A stretch of 64,000 nt of DNA, from NCBI GenBank assembly GCA_051294375.1, contig CM119266.1:25588736-25652735 (forward strand). The letters run 5' to 3'. Position numbers and translations under genes: made by a program. Each line of letters starts with the position of its first letter. Position 1 is the first letter of the stretch. This DNA is from Paraspadella gotoi. Taxonomy: Eukaryota; Animalia; Chaetognatha. Of this stretch, positions 25,132-38,744 are shown in pieces. The notes under the pieces were generated by a model. That model worked only from the letters and a program-made list of their open reading frames with translations, had not been told where the DNA came from and made no database searches.

Positions 25132-28100
25132 CCAAACTAATTTCTTCTCTTATCTTTTCTTTTCCTTTTTTTTCTTCATCTTCCTTTTTTTTCTTTCTCT
25201 CTCATTCTTTTTCTGTGGTTTCAATAACTTTTTTAACGATCAATTCTTACCTTAATTTATTTTCTCTAAATTATTTTTTTTTCCCTCTCCATTCCTTCCT
25301 TCCTTCCCCGTACTCTTCCAATCCATTATCCGTGAGAAAGAAGACGACGACGACGACGAAGACGACGACGACGACGACGAAAACTACGTTCACGTCACGA
25401 CGTCGACAAAAAATATTTTTAAAAAAGATGGCGACGACAACGACGACGACGACGACATCCATAGACGACGTCGAAACAACTCGACGCGAAAAGAACGACG
25501 AGGACGACGACGACGACGACGACGGCGCCACCACGCCCGACATCTGTTCCACGGCTTTTGACAACTCGTAAAAATTTGTCCCTCATGATTTCAACTTTGC
25601 TCTCTCGGGCTTCATGATGTTTCCGATTTCCAGCCTTTCCTTTCATTCTCCTTTTGATTCTCCTTTTGATTCCCCTTTTGATTCTCCTCTTCGTTCTCCT
25701 TTTTATGCTCCTTTCTGTATTTGTACATTCTTCATTTTTTATGGAGACTTCATTATTTTAACTTTTAGTTTGAGCATTACGTAATTACGTAATTTCTTTA
25801 ATTTTGTAACTAAGTTTAAATCATCTTCCTTTATTAGGGACCGGTACAAGAATTTTGTATTTTCTTTCTGGCTTCCATAAATGGATTTAAACCTTTTAAT
25901 CAGACTCCCACAAACGTCAATGATCATTAATTGCCAATTTGATAAGTAATTTTTAGAGTACGAGGCAAGCAATCAACGCCGACTATACATCAGTTTCTGC
26001 TCTTCTTTTCTGAGCCAAATTTTAGGACGAAAACCTATAAGCAAAGGTTTAAAGTTTAAGGCTGCATATTCTTTTAGTCAATTTTAATAGCGTGAAAAAG
26101 TGTCAAATTCTGTAAAAAAAATTTAATTTAATTTTTATACAGTAATTTTTTTAAAATGCCTTCTTTATTGTTTTAAATTCCCTATGTTTTTTCGGCAGAT
26201 AGAGAAATAAAAAATTAAAAATTATCACACACAGTTCGATCTCTACCTTTATTCTAAAAATCGAATTTTAATTTTCGTAATCTACCAAATGTACTTCTTT
26301 ATCCATACATATTGAGCAATTTTTCCTATTTTACTCATTATTAGTTTTTCTTATCTTTCCTTTCCTTTAAACTTTCATTTTCTTTTCCTCCGCATTTTAA
26401 ATTTCTCTTTCTTTTCTTCTTTCCTCCATTTCTAACGCCAGATCTCCTTTAATCCTTCACCAACGCATCGCCCACTTATATAAATCTCTCTCCTAGATTT
26501 TTCTCTCTTTTTTCCTCACCCTTTTTCATTGGTAGAGTTTTAGTAATGAACTCGCGAAATAACGGTATTTAAAATAAATAATATCAAAAATATAAAAAAA
26601 CCCATTGAAGACGTTCGAATGGAATATTTACCAAAAAAAAGAAGCAATTCTACTTCTAACAAAGATTCGTATTTACTCATTAATGTCATAATGTGGTTAC
26701 TATCTTAGATCTTCAACCCGATGCCCTCAAAAAGGGTGCCGCCACGCCATCGCATTCTAATTCTCCGCTCAGTCGCCTCGAAGCTCCAACATTTCACCCT
26801 CATTTTATTCATTTTTTTTCTCCATTTCTCATTTTTATTCCCAGCGAAGTCTCCATCGTCCCATTTCGATTATTCGCTCTTCCACGTTTTTTTCTTCTGC
26901 TCGATGCTGACGATCGAGATANNNNNNNNNNNNNNNNNNNNNNNNNNNNNNNNNNNNNNNNNNNNNNNNNNNNNNNNNNNNNNNNNNNNNNNNNNNNNNN
27001 NNNNNNNNNNNNNNNNNNNNNNNNNNNNNNNNNNNNNNNNNNNNNNNNNNNNNNNNNNNNNNNNNNAGAGAGAGACTCCTTAACCTTGATCTTTTCCTTC
27101 TTCTTCTTCTCTTTTCTATACTTTTCTTCTCTTTTCTCTTCCTTTCTTCTCTCCACTTGTCTCTATTCTTTCATTGTTTTTCTTTTCTCAGAATTAAAAG
27201 CCGGCTTTTCTCTTGTGTTCTCTCCTCGTTCCTCTTCTTTTCTTTTCTATTCCCTTTCTTTCCTTTTTTGTATTTTCTTTTTTTCTTTTCCTTCATAAAT
27301 TCTTTTCTATCGTCCTTTCTCTTACTTATCTTTTCTTTTTTTTTTGTTCCTCTTTACTAAACTTTTCCTTTCCTTTCCTCACTTTTTCTCTTGACTAAGT
27401 TCCATCCTTCTTTCCGTTATTCTTTTCCGGTCCAAAGAAAAACCCGATTATCGACAATTCCTCTCTCTCTNNNNNNNNNNNNNNNNNNNNNNNNNNNNNN
27501 NNNNNNNNNNNNNNNNNNNNNNNNNNNNNNNNNNNNNNNNNNNNNNNNNNNNNNNNNNNNNNNNNNNNNNNNNNNNNNNNNNNNNNNNNNNNNNNNNNNN
27601 NNNNNNNNNNNNNNNNNNNNNNNNNNNNNNNNNNNNNNNNNNNNNNNNNNNNNNNNNNNNNNNNNNNNNNTTTTTTCTCTTTTGACAGACTTTTTTTTTC
27701 CCCAACCTCATACTATATTTGTGCCTAATTTCTTTTAAATTTTTTTCTTATTTCTTTTTTTTAGGTTAGACAATTGTACGTCCTAACACTTTTCGACTCC
27801 TTTTGATGCATTGTTTTGTATTACCTAGCTCCCACGTCTTCAACGGAAGCAGCAAACCCAAGGGTGGCATCGACTGAAACGGAGTCCGCATAACTTTATC
27901 TGATTACCGCCGATAGCAACCAAGCAAGCAACCAACCAAGCACTCCCGTAACGCCAATTGTCAGCGGTTGGCGAATTCTCAAAAGACAAAAAAGGGACGA
28001 GTCAGCAACTGCAGCCGTGGCAAAATGACGCAGCGTCAGTGACGGCACCTGTCAGAAAAACGCGCGCGAAAAAAAAAAACACGTTTTCCCTGCAAACGTC

Positions 28101-29690
28101 ATCGACTACGCATCAAAATTAACGCAATTTCGATTTCTCAGAAATGAAAGAATTATTTGCTGAGTATCGACGAAGATGGCGTGGTAGATGGCGACGACGA
28201 TGACGCCGCCAACTACGACGGTCAGACCTAAAATTAAAAGAAAACTTTCGAAAATGGGATTTAATTTGGCGAGGTTCGTGAAATAGATTTTATTAATTAT
28301 GTTAAGACTTGTAAGTAATCAGTAAGAAAAGGAAAGAAAAGGAAAGAGTAAGTGAAGGGATGAGAAACTTAAAAATTAAAATCATTAAAATAAATCAAGA
28401 GTAAAATAAAATAAAAATCGTTGTATCAAGAAAACAAAATCTCTTCTACTTCGTGTAAATTATCCGAAAAAACAACAATATAAAAAAAATACAGGGAAAA
28501 TGAAAGCAGGTGTACTGAGACAATTCTATTCAGAAATACAAGTCGAGTGTACAACTGTACATTCAAATAAAAAATTAACCAAGTATCAAAAAAAAACACA
28601 CACAAAAAAAACAGAAAAACAAATAAACAAAAACAGAAAAAAAAACAATAAAAATAGAAGGAAAACCGGCGGAGGAAGAGTAAAAAGAGAAATCCACCGC
28701 GAGACAGAAACGTTTCGGGTGAAATTGGAAAATAGGAGAGATTTTCTCTCCTTCATGTCGGCCTTGGGAACGTCGGCCTATCGTCGTCGTCGTCGTTGTT
28801 GTTGTTGTTGTGGTGGTCGTCGTCGTTTTTGTTGGCAACGTCGTCGCCATCTGTTTCCGGCGTCACCTTCAAAATTGTCGTTGTTGTTGTTGACTCATTG
28901 AACAAAAGATTCTAATTTTTATGATTTTTTTTAATTCCTCCATGTTCTTCTGTTTTTTTTCTCGGTTTCTACATTTTAAATTGAATCAACAGTGGCATCA
29001 GCGCCATTGTTACTACTGATTTATTCTAGCAATTGTTTATATATTGTTGTCTAGTTGACGGAACGAGCTTTTCTTGTTTTCTTGATTTTACCATAGACAT
29101 AAATTAATACGTCATTGTCGTCTTCTACATCGTTTCTCGTCGTCGTCTTCTTTTTCGTCGTCGACTTCGTCCTTGTTTTCGTCCTATTTTTTTTTTCGAC
29201 GACGAAGTTCTTCGTCCCTTGGATCCCAATTTGTCTCCATTTTGTTAACAGATGCGAAGACGACGAAAGAAAAAAGAAAAAAAGAAAAAAAGAAAAAAGN
29301 NNNNNNNNNNNNNNNNNNNNNNNNNNNNNNNNNNNNNNNNNNNNNNNNNNNNNNNNNNNNNNNNNNNNNNNNNNNNNNNNNNNNNNNNNNNNNNNNNNNN
29401 NNNNNNNNNNNNNNNNNNNNNNNNNNNNNNNNNNNNNNNNNNNNNNNNNNNNNNNNNNNNNNNNNNNNNNNNNNNNNNNNNNNNNNNNNNNNNNNNNNNN
29501 NNNNNNNAGAGAGAGAGAGAGAGAGAGAGAGAGAGTTAATTCATTGATTTTATAATCAAAGAAAGCCAATTGCAGTTGGCAAAGGCAACTGCAACTGATT
29601 CTGCAACTGCAACTGCAACTGATTCAATTATGACGATTCGACGAGGCCAAGACTAATGAAGACTAATTGGATTAAAGATAAAACTAACAA

Positions 29691-29769
29691 AGCCTGTCCA
29701 AAGTCAGGGGCAAGATAGCTTATTTATTAAATGAATGGATAATTTTTATATTGGTTGTACCAATTTCAT
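29691..29769 (+). repeat. Dispersed ~80-bp repeat fragment, second copy at 34554-34632
   Basis: AGCCTGTCCAAAGTCAGGGGCAAGATAGCTTATT...ATATTGGTTGTACCAATTTCAT vs AGCCCGTCCAAAGTCAGGAGCAAGATTGCTTATT...ATATTGGTTGTCCCAATTTCAT. Confidence 0.8.
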
Positions 29770-30117
29770 AGATTAAAATATTAAAGAACTCAAGAAATTA
29801 CTAACGATGATAAATACAAATTCAAATTGATAACGACGACACTAACGACGACAACTGTGAATTCGCTGCCAAAGATTCGCGGTCACGTGACCACTTTGGG
29901 AGAGTCTGAGGATATTACGAGGTCTCCGTCTCTGTTTCTTTGGCTTCTTCTCTGGCCAACTCCACCAAGACTGAGACNNNNNNNNNNNNNNNNNNNNNNN
30001 NNNNNNNNNNNNNNNNNNNNNNNNNNNNNNNNNNNNNNNNNNNNNNNNNNNNNNNNNNNNNNNNNNNNNNNNNNNNNNNNNNNNNNNNNNNNNNNNNNNN
30101 NNNNNNNNNNNNNNNNN

Positions 30118-30657
30118 TCGTCTCTCTCTCTGTTTCTTTTTGAGTTTTGTTTAATATCTTTTTCCATTTTTTCGTTCTAAATATTTTTTCCCCCTCAATA
30201 CGATTTTTGTATTTTTTTGGTATTTATTATTTTTTGCTTTCTTTTTTNNNNNNNNNNTTTATTTCTTTCTTTTATTTCGTTAAATAAGAGACAATGTGGT
30301 TTCCAATAAAACTCAACCCGGACGACTCAATGATGGCGAGCGAAGTAGTGGAAGTGGGCGTGGTGAGATTTATGGAAGGAACGGAATGTGTGGAATCGCA
30401 AGATCAACGTTCGCTTATTGATTCGACACTTCGATACAAATATATCTATACTTTTTCCCCCCTGGATGGCGACGATTGGAGCCGGTAGAGCCAACGGCGG
30501 CGCCATCACGTGCGGCAACGACGCCGCCGACGCCGGTTGGGGGTCAAACCGAGAATCGAAGGGTTCCATTCCAGGGGACCGATGGATGATATTGGGGAAG
30601 CGTTGGGGTTAAAGGTGGAGGGAGAGAGGTAGAGTAGAAGATAAGGAGGGAATGAAG

Positions 30658-30689
<32 letters not shown>

Positions 30690-31170
30690 CAGAGGAGAGA
30701 ATGAATGGAATGGAACCCTTCGATTTCGGTTTGACCCCCAACCGGGCGTTGGCGGCTCGTGCCGCCGTGATGGCGCCGCCGTGGCCTCTACCGGCTCCAA
30801 TCGTCGCCATTCAGGGGGAAAAAAGTATAGATATATTTGTATCGAAGTGTCGAATCAATAAGCGAACGTTTGAATCTTGATTCCCCATTTTCCGTTCCTT
30901 CATAAATCTACCACGCCCACTTCCACTACTTCGCCTCGCCATCATGAGTCGTCCGGGTTGGAAGTTTTATTGAAACCACATTGTCTCTTATTTAACGAAA
31001 TAAAAGAAAGAAGAAAGAAAAAAAGAAAGAAAAGAAAAAAAGAAAGCAAAAAATAATAATATACCAAAAAAATACAAAAATCGTATTGAGGCGGGAAAAA
31101 ATATTTAGAACGAAAAAATGGAAAAAAGATATTAAACAAAACTCAAAAAGAAACAGAGGAGAGAGACGAG
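30118..31170. repeat. Fold-back inverted duplication: arms ~30118-30575 and ~30705-31170
   Basis: GATTCGACACTTCGATACAAATATATCTATAC at ~30420 is the reverse complement of GTATAGATATATTTGTATCGAAGTGTCGAATC at ~30826. The spacer is AG-rich. Confidence 0.92.
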
Positions 31171-31208
31171 CGCGAGAGAGCACGCGAGAAGAGAGAGAGA
31201 GAGAGAGA

Positions 31209-31253
<45 letters not shown>

Positions 31254-31410
31254 GAGAGAATGAGAGAGAAGAGAGAGAGGAATAGGGGGGTTAGTTCAAC
31301 AAAAAAGGAGACATTTTTAAGAATAGAAGAGGGGAAAAAAGGAAAGAGATAAAAAATCGAAAAAACAGGTGGGGACGATGACATTGAAGACGACGACGAC
31401 GACGACGATA

Positions 31411-31444
<34 letters not shown>

Positions 31445-31937
31445 CGACGGAGAAGACGAAGAAGACTTCTCACTAAAAAATAGAAGAAAATAATAAGAAG
31501 TGGAAAAAGGAAGAATACGTGGGAGTACGCCCTCAATTTCCGCCAAGGGTAAAGCCGCGGCCGCCGTCATCGCCGCCGCCGTCAGCGCCGCCGCCGTCAG
31601 TGCCGCCGCCGCCAGCGCCGCCGCCGCCAGAAACGTCGTCGCAGAGAAAAATTCCATCCGAAATCTATTTTTCTCGTCGCGAGGTTTCCAAGGTCGGCGT
31701 GGTGACGATGTCGGCGTTGGTGGTGGGGGTGGAGAGCAAAGGTGGTCGGCTGCTGTCTCTTGTGGTCGCCTGATGTCTCTTGTGGTCGCCTGATGTCTCT
31801 TCTGATCGGAAGGCGGCAGTAGTGATCAGAGCTTTTTGCTCCATTGCCCCAGCGGGTTAAATAAAAAAAAAAGGCGAGAAAAATATTATTTTTCGTTTTG
31901 GATTATCTCCCTCTCCCTTCCCCCCTCCTCTCTCTCT

Positions 31938-31997
<60 letters not shown>

Positions 31998-32124
31998 CCC
32001 CATATCTGTCCGTGGCAAAGTCGCTTTATCCTGTTACCTCCGTCATAATAACTGTCTTCTCTTTCCTTCTGGTTTTTCGACATTATGTTGTCTTTAGCCT
32101 GATAGGAGAGAGGAGAGAGGAGAG

Positions 32125-32155
<31 letters not shown>

Positions 32156-32229
32156 TGAGATAGAGAAGAGAGAGAGAGAGAGAATAATCGGGAAATAGGG
32201 ATGAAGTTTCTTTCTCCTTTCCCCTGCAT

Positions 32230-32650
32230 CTGTTTGAAGAGGAAAGTTATTTTCGTTTTGAGAGGCGGGATTGAGTTGCGCTTTTTCGATGACAACGACG
32301 ACGAAAATTGGACAAGTCCTAGAAACGACGAAGACGATGACGACGACGACGAAGACGACGACGGTTTCGGCGACGTTAAAGACGACGAAATAAGCAACGA
32401 TGACGTCAATTGCAGAGACGAGTTCAACGTCCTGAACCGGAATTATTAAGCGCCAACTTTCCTTTCTCCCTTCTCTCCACTAATCACCAAAAAATCTCTA
32501 TTTGTCCGCTAGACTTACCCGTTGAAACTCACCCCGAGAGATTTGTTGAACCACTCGACCGTGCAGCGCCCACCCCCTGCGCTTAGTCTCCGCAGCAGCC
32601 GCCGTTCCTGCAGCGTATCCGCGAGCGCAGCAGTCGACGAACTTTGAAAA
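32230..32650 (-). other. Tentative spliced pair: exon 32650-32519, 87-nt intron 32518-32432, next exon from 32431 (its 3' end is undefined)
   Basis: TTTTAG| acceptor, GG|GTAAGT donor, CTTAAT branch-like motif and TTCAG| acceptor. The GC-rich 132-nt exon has two open frames. Confidence 0.3.
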
Positions 32651-33458
32651 CTAAAACGACAATTTCTTTGTTAATCAAATCTGGAAAGTCACGCTGACGT
32701 CAAAAACGTCATCTAACGCTTTTCCTGTGACGCGCGAGTCGAGTCGTTGACGTTGTTGGCGTTGACGTCCGTATTTAAGTTGACGATCGATTCAGAGATG
32801 CGTGATAAGGATTCCGTCATCGTTAAGACTTTTTTTTTGGTCGGTCCGTCGGTCAGAAATTATTTTTATTTAAAAAAAATTTAATCTATTAAATAATTTT
32901 TAATTGTATATAAGTTTGATAATAAAAAAAAACATTTTTCTTTGCTGGTTAGTCATTATCATCAATCATTGATGAAAAAAACAACCGTAAGTGTACATTG
33001 GCAAGTACATGTAATATATGGTACGAGTGTACTTCGCGTGACAACAAAAAATAAAACTTTTATCTCGGATGTATGAAAAGAAGAGGATGAAAAAAAAATT
33101 GAAAAAGTAATTTGTCAAAAGGCTTTTATCAATAAAAAAAATAAAATCAAAGCGACTGACTTTGGCGCTAATGGCGTCGCTGATGACGACGACGGCGACG
33201 AAGTCGAATCTAATAATGATTCGAAGAGGATCGTATCATTTATGACATTTTATCATTTTTTTATCATTGGCTGAAAAAAAAAACGGAAATGTCAGTGAAT
33301 GGCAGTCAAACGACGACTCATTAGCCATAGTGTATAATATTTTAATATCTTTTAATAATTTTGTTAATTTAATTTTTTTTTAATTCGCTCTCGTCGATAT
33401 CGGCCGCGCTGGACGCCAAACCTTTTTATTAATCAATTTTTTCGCAATTACTTATTTC

Positions 33459-33536
<78 letters not shown>

Positions 33537-33668
33537 GCCTCTCTCTCTCTCTCTCTCTCTTCATCTCTCCCCGTTTCTCGGATTCTTCTTCGTGATTTAC
33601 TCTCCCTAGACAAACATTTTCTGGAGATGAGATTCCTGATGAAACTGCAATGAGAGAGGGATTAAAAG

Positions 33669-33745
<77 letters not shown>

Positions 33746-34225
33746 AAGAAGAGAGAATCGTTCAAGTAAAGGCCCTATATTTTATCCCCTCATTCTCTCT
33801 TCTTTTGTTATTCCTTTTCTCTCCATCTTTTCCTCTCTTTTTCCTTCCTTTATTATCTCCTTATTTCTCTCCGGTGATTTCCTTTTCTTTTTTTTCTCTC
33901 GTCGTGTTCGCGCCCGATATTAACAATCGCGTTTGACTCTGAATAATAATAATAATAATAATGATAATAATAATAATAGTAAAGATATTGTTCAGCATTT
34001 ATTGGCACTGAGGCCTTCGCCATTATAATAAAGAGTTAGCTTTGACTGGCATTGCGTCGCATTAGTCAATATTGAACATTATTTCAAGAGGCTCTTAGTA
34101 ATGGAGAGAACAGAGTCTTACCTGGTTGATTCAAAAGTCAGTTTTCTCACCTTACCCTTGGATTTGGTATTTCTAAAAGACTTTTCCTTATTTTCTTCCT
34201 TAACTCTCATCAGTTTTTTCACCGC

Positions 34226-34324
<99 letters not shown>

Positions 34325-35978
34325 GATTCCATTCGCGTCAAATTTGGCGTCATTTTTGTGACGAGAAACGAGATCGGCGACTGACGAACGACGATGACGA
34401 CGACGAAAAAGAAAAGACGAAGGACGAACGAGAAAGACGAAGGACGAACGCGGAAGGGCGAATGACATAATGGATAAACTAAACCGTGAAAGCTTGCGGA
34501 GTCCTCCTACTATGTTATTACCCTGTAAGAGTCATGAGGCCATCACCAACTATAGCCCGTCCAAAGTCAGGAGCAAGATTGCTTATTCAATTAAAGAATA
34601 AATAATTTTCATATTGGTTGTCCCAATTTCATGTATGACGATTGAGAAACTGAGAAAATAAAAAAATAAAACAAGAACAAAAACAGGTACATGAAGATCC
34701 ACAGATCCAGAGATCTTAGGATGTAGTAAAATGAATGCTAAAATTAAGAAGAGACAAAAATTTAACTAAATCTACACTATAGAAACATCGAAAAATTTAA
34801 TAATTATAGACATTGTCACAAGAAACTTAGAAGAAAACAATAAAAATTGTTTTTCTCTTTTCTGGTTTTACGACTTCACAGGAGTGAGTCCGTGATATTT
34901 CACCCAAATCGATTCGTTGAGATGAAACGACCTGCGACGGATTCTGGCGACAGGAAGCTGACCTCCACGAAAACATCTCTCACCGACTCGCGACATCAAA
35001 ACATTCTTTGATCCCTTGGTCTCTCGCTCTTTCTCTCTTTGTCTCTCTATCACTGTATGTCTCTTTCTCTCTCACTTGTTCCTTCTCTTACTCACATGTG
35101 AGTCAGTCGGACGCATTCTTTGTCTGACGATTTATATCTCTCGCGTCTGCTAACTGTAATTCATCTTATGTATTTTCTATCATCATGATCATCATCATCA
35201 TCGTCATCATCATCATCATCATCGTCGTCATCATTATCATCGTCCACCGGCCACCGGGTTTTCCCTGGGCTTCCCTTCAATCCTCATAAAAAAGACAGAA
35301 GGAAAAACCATACCTCCTCCTCCTCCTCCTCCTCCTCCTCCTCCCTTTCCTTCTCATCTTTTTCTCGGCAAAAAAAAAAAACCTTTGACTTAATCACCAC
35401 AAAAATGACCAAAATATTTTTTTGAAAAACAAAAGAAAAGAGGAGATTTTTTCTGAAAAAAAAAATAAGGGAAGGAAATGGGAGGAGGGACATATTGGTC
35501 AGTGGGAAAATTAAGAGAGGGAGGAGAAAAAAGGAGAAAGGAGGAAGGCGCATGAAAGAAAAGGATGGAAAGAAGGACGGATGAATGAAGGAAAGATGAT
35601 TGAAAGAAGAGAAGGAAGAATAAATGAGAGAAAGAATCAATGAGGAAAGGAAGGAAGGAATGAAGGAAGGAAGAAATGAAAGAAAGAATGAATGAAGGAA
35701 TAATGATATGAATGATCGAATTAATGAATGGATTATTTAATTAATGAAGGAATGAATTAATTAATGAATAAAGGAAAAGAGGAAAGAGGAAAGAGTCGAA
35801 TATAGGGCAAGCCATTGGGATAAAAACAAAAGGTTTAAAAAAAAGAAGAAAAAAAAATAGTTCGTAAACTGACCGGGGAGAAGAGAAGTCATAATAAGGA
35901 AGAAAGGAAAAAAAACTGAATGTAGAGTCAAAGGAATCTTGACATGTCATGACTTGACATGACAAAAAACTTTTTTTG

Positions 35979-36406
35979 CTCGTGTATTTATGACATGCAC
36001 TGCAAAATCCGTCTTTTATTCCTTATAGTTTTAGGAATTCCTGAAGGCGGCGCGAGCAGTCCCTTAGATTTGAGTTTTTTCCTGTCTTAACAAATGAGCA
36101 AACAACTATATGCATTTTTAATGTAAGAAAAACAGATCGATGGACAGACATACCCGTGTATTTATGACATGCACTGCAAAATCCGTCTTTTATTCCTTAT
36201 AGTTTTAGGAATTCCTGAAGGCGGCGCGAGCAGTCCCTTAGATTTGAGTTTTTTCCTGTCTTAACAAATGAGCAAACAACTATATGCATTTTTAACATAA
36301 GAAGAACGGACCGACGGACAGACATACCAACTGACCGACCGACCGACAGAAAGACCGAGAGGTGACTTATGGAGTTGCTCCGCGAGTACTCGCGGCGCAA
36401 CTAAAA
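35979..36406 (-). mobile_element. DINE-1/Helentron-like non-autonomous element with an internal ~174-bp tandem duplication
   Basis: Terminal 30-bp palindrome AGTTGCTCCGCGAGTACTCGCGGCGCAACT (36373-36402) next to an A-run and a (GACC/GACA)n tetranucleotide tract. 35981-36154 is repeated at 36155-36328. Confidence 0.6.
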
Positions 36407-37574
36407 AAGAGAGAAAGAGAAGGAAAAAAGGAGAGGGAGGAGGAGGGAGGGAGGGAGGGAGAGGGAGACCGAGTCACACTTTTGTGACAAGGAGATGATT
36501 CATCGATCCTTGTATTTTTAGTTCGGGAGAAACTGAAAACTCTGTCAGCAAAGAAATACATTTTACTTTTTAGACTAATTTTTTACGCTATGCAAAGTAT
36601 GCATCAATTAAACCATTTGGATTTTAACAACCCCCGATTGTTCTAAACATTTTGAATAAAATTTATGGAATATAGTTTCATAGTTAGCCCCAATGAATAA
36701 ATTTTCAGAGTACACTAAAATAGTGGGGCGAGGGGACATTGTTTAAAGGAGTACTTACGAGGTTCATTCTGGAACTAAATTAAAAAAGTTTCGTCGTTCG
36801 TTCGTTCGTTCGCTTCGTTCGGTTTCGTTCGTTCGTTCGTTCGTTCGTTCGTTCGATGTTTGATACATGCTAATTGAATTATGTTTTAAATCATGTATAA
36901 TTATGTTGATTAAAGTTAACTCAAATGACAATCATCATGGAAGCGAGGGAAATTGGCGAGGCGTTGCCGACTTCATTCCGCGTCTTCTCCCTCATTCCTT
37001 TATGAAGTCTCTTGAGTATAATTAACGAACTTGTAAATCAAATCGAATTTAAAAAAAAAGAAAACTTTTTCAAGAAAACCTACATAGGGAGCGGTGGAGG
37101 GGGGGGGGTAGGGGAGGGGGGTGGAGGCGGAGGGAGACTCCTGGCGGCTCGGGATGCGTAGATGATTCACTCCCAACTATTTGTCACGGAAAAAAAATTA
37201 GGAAAGAAAAAATATTGAAAAAAGAAAAAAATAGTAGAAGTAGTTCGCTGACGAAATAAAAAGAAAAAAGAAAAAAAAAAGAACTAGTTTTTTAAATTTT
37301 TTTTTCGTCTTCATCGTAAAAAAATGAAAAATGAAGAAGTCACTAGTCATTGAAATGAGTTCGGAGTAGAGGGAAAAGGGCTCTATTTTCCGAAAGCGTC
37401 TCATTTTTGAAAAAATGAAAAATGAAGAAGTCTCTAGTCATTGAAATGAGTTAGAAGAGGAGGGAAAAGGGCTCTCTTTATCAAGAGTATTTATTTCTCC
37501 GAGAATTTAATTCTAACTTTAATGTTTGATCCAAATACGATTTAAAACATACTAACTAATTCATAACCAAACTT

Positions 37575-37652
37575 CTAAACTAATCCTGATCTCTAACCCT
37601 AAACTCTTAACCCTAATTTCTAACCCTAACCTCTAATCCATAACCTAATCTA
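37575..37652. repeat. Degenerate CCCTAA-like (telomere-like) repeat tract
   Basis: CTAACCCTAAACTCTTAACCCTAATTTCTAACCCTAACCTCTAATCCATAACCTAATC. Confidence 0.5.
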
Positions 37653-38388
37653 TAATGATAACATTTGACATAATATTTAAATAAATAAATTAAAATAATT
37701 CCGAATTAAAGGTAAAATAGGGCGTTCTGGGAAAATATGGCCTGGAAGGGAAGGGAGGGCAGAGTGGCGAGTATGCCGAGACAGTGTTGATGTTGATTAA
37801 GAGATGAAGGGAAGACGCTTAATTTTCAAGGCAACGGAATATATGCTTAGCGATATTATCATTTCTTATAAACAAAAAAGATATTAGCAATAGCGATGGA
37901 AATAAAGAAATATCTCTTTTACAAAAACCAACATTTTTTCTCACAAACGCTTTGCCCCTTTTTTCCGACTGAGGGAAATATTCAGAAAAAAAAAGTTAAA
38001 ATATTCCTCGTAGCAAAACCGGAAGAAACGACGATGACGACGACGACGACGACAGCAACAGCGACTACTACGACTAACGACGACGACAACGACGACGGAG
38101 CGAAAATATATGGACGTTGACAGTCGCGAGGCGAAGGATCTATGGTGTCGGCGGCCAGAGACTGTGTGGGAGCTCTTGAGGGGGCGTGGGATACGCATTG
38201 GGGAGATGACAGTTGATCGGACTTTAGTTTTCGCATGTTAACGCGGTTTACTCGGTTTGGGATTGCTGCTGCTTTTTTTGTCCGTCTCCCTCGGCAAGAC
38301 TGATCTTCTTTTTTTGGCCAATCATTGCAATCGAGTTTTAAAAAATTGGGATGGTAGAGAGAGAGAGAGAAGAGAGAGGAGAGAGAGA

Positions 38389-38431
<43 letters not shown>

Positions 38432-38744
38432 CTCAAAGAGATAAAAAAAGATTTCTAATCTTCTGCATCTTCTGTTTTGCTCAGGGAGATTCACTGCGCT
38501 CTAATTAGGAACCCAGAAAGACAAAACATCACGTGAATAAGTGAATAACAAATAGCGATAAAGTCGATCGGTGAACGACGAGAATATCCCTCACTCATTC
38601 TTATTTCCAACGGAAACGTAAATACTAAAGGATGTAAGAAGAATCTCGATTCTTTCGAGCGAAGAAAAAAAGTTTCTTTTTTCCGGCTAAAGCTAAAAAA
38701 ACAAACAAGAACGGTAATTCAAATGTGTTGCACCGCAATGACTG

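Noticed and set aside
27825-28227. Minus-strand exon with a strong acceptor and a TM-like peptide (LTVVVGGVIVVAIYHAIF)
   Set aside because: All frames stop before the next donor and the hydrophobicity derives from GTC repeats
31500-31793. Poly-Ala/Gly/Pro ORFs
   Set aside because: Driven by a (GCC)n-type repeat that is open in several frames on both strands, with no clear start or splice context
32519-32580. GRCTVEWFNKSLGVSF resembling the cold-shock-domain strand GTVKWFNxxKGYGF (Y-box/Lin28)
   Set aside because: The RNP1 aromatic and Gly residues do not match, no DVFVH/RNP2 exon follows, and another frame is equally open
37575-37652. True telomere or telomere-addition site
   Set aside because: Short, highly degenerate and internal
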